Below are positions 9,938-20,263 of a stretch of 64,000 nt of DNA, piece after piece. Position numbers and translations under genes: made by a program. The notes below the pieces were generated by a model, which did not search any database, was not told the DNA's origin, and worked only from the letters and a program-made list of their open reading frames with translations. Source of the stretch: a virus (Duplodnaviria > Caudoviricetes); the IMG/VR virus record IMGVR_UViG_3300005686_000008. The stretch is one strand, 5' to 3'. Each line of letters opens with the position of its first letter. Positions within the stretch are counted from its first letter, which is position 1.

Positions 9938-10779
9938 ACGAACTTCTTCCAGAAGTCTTTCTTGAAATAGTGGAACATGGCGTACTCAACCTTGTAGTTG
10001 CTCCACTTGGTTGCCTTGACAACCTCGCGACTAAACTTTTCTGAGCCTACCGCTTTGAAGATCGCCTCTGCTTCTTCTCTTGAATCGCAGACAATAGCGA
10101 AGGCTCCCTCAGTCATTCCATATTCCCCTTCCAGATCCAGTAAGGGTCGAATATGCTCTCCAACATTAAGTATGACCTTGTTCTTAACTCCGAATAGACC
10201 TCGTTCGGTAGTTGAGGCATACATAAAAACTGGTCCATCCTTTACAACAGAATGAAGAAGAGGATACTTGTGAGTATCGCTTTTCTTATCTTTTACAAGA
10301 GACTTGTACTTTGTATGATAATAGGTGCAATAAAGAACATTGAGCCTATTCCTTCCGGTTGAATCAATAAGGTCTAAAACGCCAAAAATGTTTGCACTTG
10401 GAAGAAATGGCAATCCAGATATGTCTAAGACCGCTACATTGCCCTCCTCGTCGTTTATAGCTGTAGATTTTTGATACTTTGCCTTTTTGAGAATATAGTA
10501 GTCAAAACGAGTATTTGCCCCAAAGATTTGCTTAGCGGCCTTTTTTGAATGCATCTTTAGAATCTGTATGTCATAAGCAATGAGAATCGAATATAATTTT
10601 GACCAAGGTTTTCTCCATATGGAGGGATGGATATTGGCTATATATCCATCATCCTTACAAAGCACGATAGCCTTTTCAACGAATAAAGGCCACAATAGTT
10701 TATTGCGGCCTATCCCATCCTTACTGCTTTGCTGGTAAGGAGGATTCATTAAAATAACATCGAACTGCTTTGAACTCAT
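9934..10779 (-). CDS. amino-methyltransferase catalytic/specificity half (NPPY), Eco57I/TaqI-like
   Basis: FDVILMNPPYQ, LWPLFVEKAI, IHPSIW; no FxGxG-type motif I; paralogous to 20618..21841. Confidence 0.8.
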   Translation of the reverse strand: MSSKQFDVILMNPPYQQSSKDGIGRNKLLWPLFVEKAIVLCKDDGYIANIHPSIWRKPWSKLYSILIAYDIQILKMHSKKAAKQIFGANTRFDYYILKKAKYQKSTAINDEEGNVAVLDISGLPFLPSANIFGVLDLIDSTGRNRLNVLYCTYYHTKYKSLVKDKKSDTHKYPLLHSVVKDGPVFMYASTTERGLFGVKNKVILNVGEHIRPLLDLEGEYGMTEGAFAIVCDSREEAEAIFKAVGSEKFSREVVKATKWSNYKVEYAMFHYFKKDFWKKFV

Positions 10780-10807
10780 GTTGATACATGAGTTTCGTCA
10801 ATTCTGC

Positions 10808-11587
10808 TTAGAAGACACAAGACATTTTTCTGTCTTGTAGAAGTTTCTTTTCAACGGCAGCGTTCGCTATAACTTGTTCTTTGTTGAACTCTCGCCGGAA
10901 ATTCTCAACAGAGTCATATCCCCAAAGTCTCATTTTCTTGGCTTTAGACATCCATGCGCCAACAAAATAGAAGAAATCATCATCAACCCAGGGCGGAACC
11001 CAACAGCCAGAACGAGCAATAAAGATTTTGCTTACGGTTCTTGCATAAGTTTCGCTAATGCCGTAAACAACATCAACCTTAACTCCAAGTTTTTCCATCT
11101 CTGTCATTGCTTCGTTGGACGGATAATCGCTATCTTCGTCTTTTCGCCAAAGAGGATAAACAACCGTTACTTTGTTAACTCTACCCTCTTTTGCAAGATG
11201 GAAGATCCAGTTTCCGCAATCGAGCTTTGCTTTCTGGTGGTAGAATATGTCGTGGTGAGCGTCGATGTTGACGATTTCCAGGTTTTCAGAATCCTTGAGC
11301 AAGTGATAAGCTGATGCATGAGATTCTGCAATAGAAACCTCAACATTCTTTTTGAACTTCCAGCCAAGGATTTCAAGGTCAGATGGCAAATCAACTGGTG
11401 AACCAACGACCCCAACCTCCTTGAAAGGATCGATACCCGAGTTGATGAGGTTCATTGCTCTGATTGCCCATATTTCGTTCAAAAACATGGGACTGGATTC
11501 GCTATGAGACCAGTCATATGAATCCTTCTCCTTGACGAAGAAATCGAAATCTACGCTCAGAACGACGGAGTTTCGGGGCTTTGCCAT
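10808..11587 (-). CDS. UPF0489/arginase-deacetylase-fold metalloprotein
   Basis: SVDFDFF, ESHA, NIDAHHD, DCGNW, RSGCWVPP motifs; start placed 31 nt after a minus-strand GACTAAACTT motif. Confidence 0.65.
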   Translation of the reverse strand: MAKPRNSVVLSVDFDFFVKEKDSYDWSHSESSPMFLNEIWAIRAMNLINSGIDPFKEVGVVGSPVDLPSDLEILGWKFKKNVEVSIAESHASAYHLLKDSENLEIVNIDAHHDIFYHQKAKLDCGNWIFHLAKEGRVNKVTVVYPLWRKDEDSDYPSNEAMTEMEKLGVKVDVVYGISETYARTVSKIFIARSGCWVPPWVDDDFFYFVGAWMSKAKKMRLWGYDSVENFRREFNKEQVIANAAVEKKLLQDRKMSCVF

Positions 11588-11714
11588 GCACGTTCGGTTT
11601 TTAGCGAAAAGTTTAGTCGTGATTAGTTTCAAACACAAAAACCTTGCCTTATTTTTGTTAGCTGACTAAACTTTCTACGGTAAAGTCTATTAAGCAAACC
11701 ACATAGGAGCGTAT

Positions 11715-11870
11715 ATGAACCAGTCAGGTATAGCAAAGAAGGCGTGGAAAACTCGTAAGGAAAATGAAGTGAAAGAAAAGAGATCAAATGCTGCTAAGAA
11801 AGCGCATGTGACTCGCAATAGGAAATCTGCCGCTAAGAAAGCCTGGAAGACTCGCAGGGAGAATGATTAA
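11715..11870 (+). CDS. 51-aa basic protein with three (A)AKKA(W/H)xTR repeats (below the ORF-track size cutoff)
   Basis: AGGAG SD; translates MNQSGIAKKAWKTRKENEVKEKRSNAAKKAHVTRNRKSAAKKAWKTRREND. Confidence 0.75.
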   Translation: MNQSGIAKKAWKTRKENEVKEKRSNAAKKAHVTRNRKSAAKKAWKTRREND

Positions 11871-11871
11871 G

Positions 11872-14100
11872 ATGCCACTTACGCAAGACCAAATTGAGGC
11901 AAGAAAGCCTAATGCTTTTCCAAAGACTTTCTTTAGCTTAGATTCTACATCAAAAGTTAAATCTATCACTCTTCCAGATGAATTTGAAGAGTTAATCTTT
12001 ATTCCTCGTGATGTTCAAAAAAACCCTCTTGAGTTTTTTTGCAACAGACATAATAATAAGAAACGAATCTCTGGAGCTATTTTAACAACAGGTGCAGGCA
12101 AGAGTAAATTGGCAAGTTTTAGCGCCTGTGAAATTCTTCGACAAAACAGCAAAATGAGGTTCATAATCGCTGTTCCTCAAGAAGTTATTGGAGAAAGTTG
12201 GAGGCATGGAAGTGATGAAGAGATTTCCAATTTCTTACTTGGAAAAGAAAACTGGAAACTATTTGAAGGCTTGTCTGAAGAAGATATGAAGAAGTGGAAA
12301 ACTCTTAGACTTTTTGATTCCAATGATGTTGTTTCCTGGAGCATTAATACAGACTTATGCCGTGGGGCAGGTAAAGCTTGTCAAACAGAGAACAGTAAGG
12401 TTATGGAGCTTATTAATTTCCTGAGACAACCTCCATCAAAATCTGTTTGTTCCAGAATAGCTCTTGTTTCTCACTCAACACTTGCTAGAGCATATAAAAA
12501 GATTGAAAAAGAAAAACGTTTGCATCTTTTTTGTAATACCATTACTTGTATTGACGAGTTTCATCATCTTTATGTTGACAATAACAAGGATGAATGCAAT
12601 TCTCTTGGTGAACTTGTTTATTGCCTCGCCGAGAAAGGCGACAATTTAAACGCCTTTGTTTGGTGTCTTACTGGCACTTTCTTTAGAGGCGACCGTAGAA
12701 GAATTTTTGGCAACGAGTTTAATGATCTAGTCAACGATGCTTTCTACGAGCTTCCATTTGATGAATACTTTAAGACAATGAAGTTTCTCAATAAACTTCT
12801 ATACAGATTTGGAGTGTTCAATATTGAAAATGGATACTCTGACGCTATTGCCAGTACCATTGCTAGCGATGGAATTAATAAAACTCTAATCTTTATCCCA
12901 TCCAGAACAAAAGGTGAGTCGTCCTTATTCCCTGTTTGCAAGAAAAAGGATGAGATCAAAGGAGTTCTAAAAGGAATCGTTAAGGGGGCAGGATGGAACG
13001 GAGAAGTGGAGACAGCTCCATACATTACCAGCGATGGAACAACTAACAAAGCGATTTTCAAACTGAGAGTTGAAGAGAACAAGTGGATTACGGTTGTTGA
13101 TGCTGTTGATGATGAAGATCATATTCGTAAGGGAGTAAAAGCGTTCCTAAGAAAAGTAAATAGCGGGAAAGATAATGTTGACATTATCATTGCTCTTGGT
13201 ATGTGCAAAGAAGGATTCGACTGGATTGCTTGCGACAGAATCATTCAGGTTGGTATTATTAAAAGTCTTGGAGTCATTGTTCAAGTCAACGGAAGAATGA
13301 TTAGAGATTTTGCTGGCAAGAATGTTGCGCAAATGACATGGCTCTTCCCGTCTTCTTCAAAAATTGATAAAGACTCTATTGCTGAAGACCTGAATGAAGC
13401 GCTAATGACTATTAATCTTGCTCTTATGATGTGCGTTGACATCATGCAGCCAATCAAGATTTCTGTTCCTAAAAAAGATAACCCTAATGAACAGGAAGAA
13501 ATTTCTGGCGGAGACCTTCTTAGCGAACTATTTGTAGAAATGGATGATCGTACAACCTTCTTGACTATGGTATCAGCCAAGATTGCTGCTATTGGTGGCA
13601 ATATATCATTTGAAGATAGAGTCTTGATTGTTTCTGATTTGCTTCTTGAGTTTGGAGTTGATGAGGATGATGTTACTTTTTACAAAGAAGCGGTAGCAAC
13701 TTACACACTAAAACGAGCCGCAGCAATCCTGTCAAATAAGGATTTCCGTCTTTCATTGGATTTTGATTCTCCAATCATTCGTGAAATGTGTAAAGAATTC
13801 AATATTGTCAACCCAGAAGATATTTCTCCAGAAGGATTGATTGCTTTTTTTGCTGCTGATGCGATTGGTGTTTCTTCATTTGAGACTTACAGGAAGGCTG
13901 TCACTCGTATTTCTATGAGTTATAGCGAAGAGGCATTCAATGAATTCCAGATAAGTATGGATAAGTTCAGAAAAGATAACAATAGGATGCCAGATCTTGA
14001 ATCTGAAAACGAGAGCGAAAGAGAACTCGCAGAAGAGCGCAATAGGTGGATAAATAATCGCATCTTAATAAATTGTGCGCGTAGTATGGAGAGGGAATAG
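11872..14100 (+). CDS. superfamily 2 helicase/ATPase
   Basis: Walker A TTGAGKS, Walker B IDEFHH, motif III LTGT, KEGFDW, QVNGRMIR. Confidence 0.85.
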   Translation: MPLTQDQIEARKPNAFPKTFFSLDSTSKVKSITLPDEFEELIFIPRDVQKNPLEFFCNRHNNKKRISGAILTTGAGKSKLASFSACEILRQNSKMRFIIAVPQEVIGESWRHGSDEEISNFLLGKENWKLFEGLSEEDMKKWKTLRLFDSNDVVSWSINTDLCRGAGKACQTENSKVMELINFLRQPPSKSVCSRIALVSHSTLARAYKKIEKEKRLHLFCNTITCIDEFHHLYVDNNKDECNSLGELVYCLAEKGDNLNAFVWCLTGTFFRGDRRRIFGNEFNDLVNDAFYELPFDEYFKTMKFLNKLLYRFGVFNIENGYSDAIASTIASDGINKTLIFIPSRTKGESSLFPVCKKKDEIKGVLKGIVKGAGWNGEVETAPYITSDGTTNKAIFKLRVEENKWITVVDAVDDEDHIRKGVKAFLRKVNSGKDNVDIIIALGMCKEGFDWIACDRIIQVGIIKSLGVIVQVNGRMIRDFAGKNVAQMTWLFPSSSKIDKDSIAEDLNEALMTINLALMMCVDIMQPIKISVPKKDNPNEQEEISGGDLLSELFVEMDDRTTFLTMVSAKIAAIGGNISFEDRVLIVSDLLLEFGVDEDDVTFYKEAVATYTLKRAAAILSNKDFRLSLDFDSPIIREMCKEFNIVNPEDISPEGLIAFFAADAIGVSSFETYRKAVTRISMSYSEEAFNEFQISMDKFRKDNNRMPDLESENESERELAEERNRWINNRILINCARSMERE

Positions 14101-14828
14101 TGTTCAAGAGTTATCATATAAAAGCTATCAAGTATCTTGAAAGCCTAGATGGACACTATTGGCCGCAACCACGAGATTTAGATGCGCAATGGCAAGAGAA
14201 TGCTGACAAGTTGAAAACCTTTGTAAATAAATACAATAGGTTGCCAAGTTTTCGTACCAAAGATTCGGAAGAAAAGAAGATTGGCAGTTGGGCAAGTCAT
14301 CAAAGACGAAATTACAAAGGTAGTGGTAACAGAACTCTTACTAGAGAGCAGATTGCTTTTTTAGAAAGTATTCCTGGTTGGTACTGGGAAAAAGATTTAG
14401 ATGGATTGTGGCAAGAGTATGCAAATAATCTAAAAGCCTTTGTTGATAAACGCAAAAGGTTGCCAAATTTCCGTTCCAAAGATTCAGAAGAAAAGAAGAT
14501 TGGTAAATGGATGCATCATCAAAGACAAAATTACAAAGGTAGCGGAAAAAGAACTCTCACTCAAGAGCAGATTGCTTTCTTAGAAAGCATTCCTGGTTGG
14601 TACTGGGATGTTGATGAATTATGGCAAGAGAACGCAAACAATCTGAAAGCCTTTGTAAAGAAATACAATAGGTTGCCAATCTCTAATTCTAAAGATTCAG
14701 AGGAAAAAAAGATTGGTAACTGGATGTATCTTCAAAGACGAAATTACAAAGGTAAAGGTAGTAGAGTTCTTACTCAAGAACAGATTGCTTTTTTAGAATC
14801 TATTCCTGGTTGGAAGTGGAGCGGATAA
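14100..14828 (+). CDS. helicase-associated (HA) domain repeat protein, three ~71-aa repeats
   Basis: Three copies of WQE.A..LK.FV.K..RLP...KDSEEKKIG.W...QR.NYKG.G.R.LT.EQIAFLESIPGW.W. Confidence 0.8.
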   Translation: MFKSYHIKAIKYLESLDGHYWPQPRDLDAQWQENADKLKTFVNKYNRLPSFRTKDSEEKKIGSWASHQRRNYKGSGNRTLTREQIAFLESIPGWYWEKDLDGLWQEYANNLKAFVDKRKRLPNFRSKDSEEKKIGKWMHHQRQNYKGSGKRTLTQEQIAFLESIPGWYWDVDELWQENANNLKAFVKKYNRLPISNSKDSEEKKIGNWMYLQRRNYKGKGSRVLTQEQIAFLESIPGWKWSG

Positions 14829-15526
14829 TGACCATTACCTCTAAAACTTACACCGGCTGTCCTCGCAAGCAAGCTGCTAGAGATGCTACAATCATCAATC
14901 TATACAAACAACTGCGAGGGCCATCTATCCCTTTAAATAAGCAGTATTGGAGCATGTGCGCTCATTGTGCTAATAAAGATGGTATCATAGAAGGCTCAGA
15001 ACTTGACCAAATAATTAAAGCTGGTTTGATAAAGCAAGAACAGTTTCATGGAGTTGATAATTTTCGAGATAAAAATACCGGCGAGTTAAGTATCTATAAT
15101 TCAAATTCTCAATATTCAGGTTGTCATTGGTATGGAGAAGATTTTCTTATTGCCATGCAGGAAGAGCAGTCTGCCGGCAAATTCAATCCAGAAATAGTCA
15201 ATGCAGACCTTATCAATATGCATGAGGGAGCAGCAAGTCGAGCCGGAAAGATTTTGAATTTCCTGCATGATTCAGGTAATGTTGATACTATTTTTATCCT
15301 TAACGTTGTTCTAAAAGCCCATAATCGCCATTCTGATGTTGTAGACCTAGAAAAAAGTTTATGCAAGGATTCTATATTTAGAATTATTTGGAATAAGGGG
15401 TTGTGGAAAATACTAGGAAACGAAGTGTATACATATCATGGAACCCAACCTAATAAAAGCGTCAATAATGATGTAAAGAATCCCAAAACGATTATGGGAA
15501 CAGTTGTATTTGTTCCCAACAAGTAA
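14828..15526 (+). CDS. hypothetical protein, possibly Rossmann/methyltransferase-like
   Basis: TAATG coupling; FHGVD and IVNADL strands; function uncertain. Confidence 0.55.
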   Translation: MTITSKTYTGCPRKQAARDATIINLYKQLRGPSIPLNKQYWSMCAHCANKDGIIEGSELDQIIKAGLIKQEQFHGVDNFRDKNTGELSIYNSNSQYSGCHWYGEDFLIAMQEEQSAGKFNPEIVNADLINMHEGAASRAGKILNFLHDSGNVDTIFILNVVLKAHNRHSDVVDLEKSLCKDSIFRIIWNKGLWKILGNEVYTYHGTQPNKSVNNDVKNPKTIMGTVVFVPNK

Positions 15527-15531
15527 AAAAT

Positions 15532-16530
15532 ATGAAATCGTATCATATAAAAGCTGTCAAGTATCTTGAGAATCTTCCAGGTCATCGCTGGCCCAATCGT
15601 TCAGACAGATCTGTAGAGCATAATCAAAAGATTTTGTTGAAAATGGCTGATGAAAAAAAGCCAAGACCAAAGCATAATACGAAAATTGGCAAAGCTCTTA
15701 TTCGATATACTACAGGTAATAATCGTAATAGCAATTTTGATATAAGAATCAGAGAAAAAATACCAGAGTGGTTTATCAGCCAATCTGATATTGCTAATCA
15801 AAAAAAGCAAATGTTCTTGGATATGGCTAGTAGAGGAGAGCCTCGTCCTAGTTCAAAAACAAAAATGGGGAAATTGCTTTATGCATATCTAGATAAAAAC
15901 CATCATCTATATGATGAAGATTTTGAATCAGATTTATCTAAATTTCCAGAATGGATAATTAAAGTATCCGAAAGAGTAGCTAAAAACAAATCAATTCTTC
16001 TAGAAATGGCTGAATCTGGAAAACCCAAACCAAAGAGAGGTTCTTCTCTAAGAAATTTGTTAGACAATTACATGAGAGATGATGATGTATTTAGGGGAAA
16101 AATTATAGAATCCAACACTGCTTGGGCACCAAAAGCAAAGAATGAAATTGAACAGAAAAAACAATTAATTCTAAATATGGCTCGAAATAACGAACCTAAA
16201 CCAAATTGCAATTCTGCACTAGGACAATTTCTTCGTAGACAAATGAAACGAGATAAAAAATTTGCAGCTCAAGTGCGCCTTATTAACCCAAATTGGGCTG
16301 CAAAAAGATCTAACATAGCACCTAGAAATAAAGCAATACTTTCAAAAATGGCCAGAAGAGGAGATCCAAGACCAAAAGCTAATACAAAGCTTGGCGGAGC
16401 GTTGCATTCATATACAACAATTGGACATAAAGCATATGATTCTTCTTTCGACAAATCTATTAGGTTTGATAGAAAAAACTGGTTTAGGATAAGAAGAAAA
16501 AACAGTGACAAATCTTTATCAAAATGCTAG
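15532..16530 (+). CDS. basic protein with five L.MA..G.P(R/K)P repeats
   Basis: Repeats LKMADEKKPRP, LDMASRGEPRP, LEMAESGKPKP, LNMARNNEPKP, SKMARRGDPRP. Confidence 0.7.
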   Translation: MKSYHIKAVKYLENLPGHRWPNRSDRSVEHNQKILLKMADEKKPRPKHNTKIGKALIRYTTGNNRNSNFDIRIREKIPEWFISQSDIANQKKQMFLDMASRGEPRPSSKTKMGKLLYAYLDKNHHLYDEDFESDLSKFPEWIIKVSERVAKNKSILLEMAESGKPKPKRGSSLRNLLDNYMRDDDVFRGKIIESNTAWAPKAKNEIEQKKQLILNMARNNEPKPNCNSALGQFLRRQMKRDKKFAAQVRLINPNWAAKRSNIAPRNKAILSKMARRGDPRPKANTKLGGALHSYTTIGHKAYDSSFDKSIRFDRKNWFRIRRKNSDKSLSKC

Positions 16531-16736
16531 TTCTAATTTGTGCTTTCGAGCCGGCTAAACTTCCCCTTAGCGCCTGTATCTTGTCTCCCGCTCTCTTAGC
16601 CGCCCAGTTTGCTGTGGCACAAATAACAGCAAAAAATCCCGGAACTTCGTAGAAGCCCTTTCACTTGGAAGCTCAACAAGAATAATAACCGGGTAAAGAG
16701 CAACAGACAACAAAGAGAAATCTTGCTGTCTGTTTT

Positions 16737-18008
16737 ATGGAAACTATTGCAGAAAAACTCGGCCCTGTCGTTATCCCACAAGACCAAACCGGCGGTGTTC
16801 ATATCAAGTGCTGGGCAAAGTCTATTGACCCAGAAACTGGTAAGCCAACTCTCAATATTGAAGAGAAGGCTATTCGCCAAGCCTCAGAAGCTGCAAGACT
16901 TCCTTGTGTCTTTCATCATGTCGCTTTGATGCCTGATGCCCATACTGGCTTCGGTGTTCCTGTTGGCTGCGTACTTCCATTGGATAACGCCGTATCCCCT
17001 AATGCGGTTGGTGTTGATATTGGTTGCGGTATGTGCGCATGGAACTCTGGTATCAAAGTCGTAGACCTTGATATCAAGAAATTGATGACAACTATTGCTG
17101 CTGATATTCCTGTTGGCGAAGGTAAGAATCGTTCCAATAGCGATTTATGGCTTGGTCACAAGAGAATCGTTAGCCATATTGCTGATGTCGAGAAAAAGGT
17201 TGAAGAAGCGAAGGAACTCTGCAAGACTCTTGATTATCCTGAATGGTCAAGAGCTAAGGTTCAAATTGGCACGTTAGGAGGCGGAAATCACTTCATTGAA
17301 CTTCAGCAAGACGCTGAAGGAAATGCCTGGTTTATGCTTCACTCTGGTTCTCGCGGACTTGGAGCGCAGCTTGCCAAGAAGTTCCATCATCTTGCGGTTA
17401 TGACCTGCCGTAAATATCACACTCGTCTCGAAAATGAAGAATTAGCATTTCTTCCTGCTGACTCTAATGAAGGTCAATGGTATATTGCAAGTCTTCTTGC
17501 TGCGCAAGATTATGCTCTTGCCAATCGCCTTCTTATGATGATTTGTTGTCAGGATGCTATTCGGGAACAGTATTTCAATACTAATCCTGTCAAGGAAATT
17601 ATCAACATCCATCATAACTACGCTACTATTGAACATCACTATGGAAGGAACGTTTGGGTTCACCGCAAGGGTGCTACTCTTGCTCGTAAGACGACTACTG
17701 GTATCATTCCAGGTTCGATGTGCAGCAAGAGCTACATCGTAAAGGGAATGGAACATTCTGATAGTTTCTCTTCCTGCTCGCATGGAGCCGGTCGCCCCTA
17801 TAGCCGTACTGAGGCTAAGAAGCGTATTGCGGAAGGTATCGACCCTCCGCAGCACCAGCAGCTCAATGGCGTTGAACTCTTTGGAGTCAAAGAGGCTCAT
17901 GATGAACTGGGTTCAGCATACAAGAACATTGATATTGTAATGAGCAACCAGAAGGATTTAGTTAGCATTCAAACCGAATTGCTTCCTGTTGCCGTACTAA
18001 AAGGATAG
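16737..18008 (+). CDS. rtcB: RtcB family RNA-splicing/repair ligase
   Basis: MPDAHTGFG, VGVDIGCGM, GTLGGGNHFIE, HSGSRG, HHNY, HRKGAT, IIPGSM, SCSHGAGR, AYKNID. Confidence 0.97.
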   Translation: METIAEKLGPVVIPQDQTGGVHIKCWAKSIDPETGKPTLNIEEKAIRQASEAARLPCVFHHVALMPDAHTGFGVPVGCVLPLDNAVSPNAVGVDIGCGMCAWNSGIKVVDLDIKKLMTTIAADIPVGEGKNRSNSDLWLGHKRIVSHIADVEKKVEEAKELCKTLDYPEWSRAKVQIGTLGGGNHFIELQQDAEGNAWFMLHSGSRGLGAQLAKKFHHLAVMTCRKYHTRLENEELAFLPADSNEGQWYIASLLAAQDYALANRLLMMICCQDAIREQYFNTNPVKEIINIHHNYATIEHHYGRNVWVHRKGATLARKTTTGIIPGSMCSKSYIVKGMEHSDSFSSCSHGAGRPYSRTEAKKRIAEGIDPPQHQQLNGVELFGVKEAHDELGSAYKNIDIVMSNQKDLVSIQTELLPVAVLKG

Positions 18009-18012
18009 TCAA

Positions 18013-18336
18013 ATGCAGGCTGGCGATAAAGTATGGGTATGGCATTTCGGAACCTTGAAAGAGATTGAAATTACCGGAGTAACAGTTATTCAGAATGCTG
18101 AAGCTGTTTTATACCCCGGTTTCGCTACATCCCACTTCTTTTTAACCAGAAACGAAGCTGTGGAAAATAGGCTTGCTACAATGTGTTCGTTAGCTATCGA
18201 ATTGGCAGAGAAGCCATATTCTAGAGAGCGAATCGAACATCTTAAAGAGATTGCTCAAAGCACAGTTTTGGCAGTCGAAAAAACTAGGGACCAATCTAAT
18301 GTTTTATCTACCAAAATGGCCGGAACTCCGAGTTGA
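18013..18336 (+). CDS. hypothetical protein
   Basis: ORF directly after rtcB. Confidence 0.5.
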   Translation: MQAGDKVWVWHFGTLKEIEITGVTVIQNAEAVLYPGFATSHFFLTRNEAVENRLATMCSLAIELAEKPYSRERIEHLKEIAQSTVLAVEKTRDQSNVLSTKMAGTPS

Positions 18337-18943
18337 AGGCAAGCCTGTAACCAAAGAACAGGCAATGGAAATCATTATCCGCACCGATTACTCTGTAATC
18401 AATCCTTCATCGAATGATGGGGTATGGTGCGAAATTGTAGCCCAAATTATCGGCGTTCCTATTCAAGAAAAGGACGAAGGCTTTAATCTCTTCTATCAAA
18501 GAAGAGACAAGTTTGCTGAATCTATTGGCTGGATTAGCGAAATCGAATATCTCCGTCCTAGTAGAATCACCGACTCTTATATTGGCGGTTCTCATGGGTG
18601 GATTGATTGGGATGGTTTTGTAGGAACCTCTGGTCATAACATTGGCAAGTGGCCCAAGGATGAAGAAGTTCTTAATGACTGGAAGATTCTTCTTCAAAAC
18701 TTCCCGTTCTTATCTCTTCGCGCTCAACTTTTTGATAGGGAGCAATGCGAAGAGGGTGGAACTCCTATTGTTGAGTACATTATTGGCGATGGTAATGTTG
18801 AAATGAAATCGCCAGGCGAAAAAATCGCTCCATGCGTAACCAGAAGCCTTGACGATGACGTTTCTAGGCATTTCACTTTTGGCGGCGAAAGATATTGCAG
18901 CGTTAAGACTCTCAAAGAGGCTATCGCTCTTGTTAGGAAATAA
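18299..18943 (+). CDS. hypothetical phage protein
   Basis: LPKWP...IGGSHGWIDWDG...NIGKWP motifs. Confidence 0.65.
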   Translation: MFYLPKWPELRVEGKPVTKEQAMEIIIRTDYSVINPSSNDGVWCEIVAQIIGVPIQEKDEGFNLFYQRRDKFAESIGWISEIEYLRPSRITDSYIGGSHGWIDWDGFVGTSGHNIGKWPKDEEVLNDWKILLQNFPFLSLRAQLFDREQCEEGGTPIVEYIIGDGNVEMKSPGEKIAPCVTRSLDDDVSRHFTFGGERYCSVKTLKEAIALVRK

Positions 18944-18945
18944 AC

Positions 18946-19239
18946 ATGCCACCTATTAGCCCTAAAGAAATAAGTTCTTCGGACGCTTTCCCAGAAGAGG
19001 TCTTTGAAGCTTTTAACACTCTGATTAAATCAAACCATCGAAACGGTCAATCAGTGGTTAGTCAAAGTGATGTAACCAAACTTCTTATCAAGGCAGGTTT
19101 TTCTAAAGAAAAAATCTATAACAAGAAACTTCTAGATGTTGAAATGGCATATAGAGAAGCTGGCTGGGATGTTACATATGACAAACCGGCTCCTGGCGAA
19201 AGCTTTGAACCTTATTTTGTTTTCAAGAAGAAGTCCTAA
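18946..19239 (+). CDS. hypothetical phage protein
   Basis: PEEVFEAFN...YREAGWDVTYDKP pattern. Confidence 0.65.
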   Translation: MPPISPKEISSSDAFPEEVFEAFNTLIKSNHRNGQSVVSQSDVTKLLIKAGFSKEKIYNKKLLDVEMAYREAGWDVTYDKPAPGESFEPYFVFKKKS

Positions 19240-19506
19240 AGTGATTGCCCATTATTACGAAAAACTACTAGGCATTTATGTTCTTCGGGTTAATCCTGAC
19301 CGAGAGTACCGTATAGAAAAAATCAGTAGCCATAAATGGGAATGGTCTGAATGGGTTTCTTTTTGCGGATTACCTTCAAAGAAAAACTCAGGTATTCGCA
19401 AAAGATTCAAAGACTGCCTCCTTGCTGTTGAGATGGACAATCAGTTTAAGCCAAAAACGAATGGATATCCCCCATTGAACCCATTCTCAAATTGGAATAA
19501 AAACAC

Positions 19507-19944
19507 ATGAGCGACAAACAACTTTATATCGTTATGTTCCGCACTTTGGGGATGGTTGGCGGAACCGCAAGAGGCGTTTACAAAATGCTCTGCTCTAGCC
19601 CTGGATGGGCCGAGCAACATTGTGATGGTAACGCTTCTTTTTTTGCTGCTAATATAGCAGTTTGCAATATTGTATGGAGAACCCATTACAAAACATTTGA
19701 AAATGTTTCTGCTGAAGTTGAAAGACTAAAGCTTTTCTACAAGAATGAATACGAAGTCTTCCTTATTTCAGGAGAAGAGGCTCTTAGGATTGAAAAGGGA
19801 GAAGCCGTTATAGACTCTCCCGGAACTATTTCTCCTAAGATCGTAGATATGATTCTTTCGCAGGGCGACCAGTCTCAGGTTATTAAGATAACCAAGGAAG
19901 AGTTTGATCAGATGCTTAAGGACAGAGACGATGAACAGCCCTAA
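19507..19944 (+). CDS. hypothetical protein
   Basis: ATGA overlap with the upstream ORF. Confidence 0.55.
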   Translation: MSDKQLYIVMFRTLGMVGGTARGVYKMLCSSPGWAEQHCDGNASFFAANIAVCNIVWRTHYKTFENVSAEVERLKLFYKNEYEVFLISGEEALRIEKGEAVIDSPGTISPKIVDMILSQGDQSQVIKITKEEFDQMLKDRDDEQP

Positions 19945-20263
19945 TAGAGAATCCTCTGAATACAAACTGGCTGCATCTGAAACAAAAAGACAGCTAGAGA
20001 TTATGCAACTGTGTTTTGCTAATATGCACATTTGCATGAAGATGTGCAGAGTCTCTGGCGATATAACTCATGAACAGATAGATACCTTCAAAAGAGAAGT
20101 TGCCGACAAGATGAAGACTATCTCGGATAGACTCTTTGATAATGACAATTCTTCTACAGGAACTCAGGCTATAGTCGATCTTGGGAAAGCCTTGAGCGAG
20201 GACTTCTTGATGGATTACTTTGCGAGTAAGAAAAATGGACGACTTGAAAAAGATAGCATCTGA
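19931..20263 (+). CDS. hypothetical protein
   Basis: Overlapping ORF in a packed array. Confidence 0.5.
   Translation: MNSPNRESSEYKLAASETKRQLEIMQLCFANMHICMKMCRVSGDITHEQIDTFKREVADKMKTISDRLFDNDNSSTGTQAIVDLGKALSEDFLMDYFASKKNGRLEKDSI

Noticed and set aside
172-10040. CTAAACTT copies inside genes (about 172, 2967, 4396, 5829, 7658, 10029)
   Set aside because: They can be explained by codons such as Ala-Lys-Leu and I did not see a consistent feature at +30, so they were not counted as functional.
14160-14820. Repeats in the HA-domain gene as a diversity-generating retroelement TR/VR pair
   Set aside because: They are in-frame protein repeats with differences at all bases, and there is no reverse transcriptase in the window.
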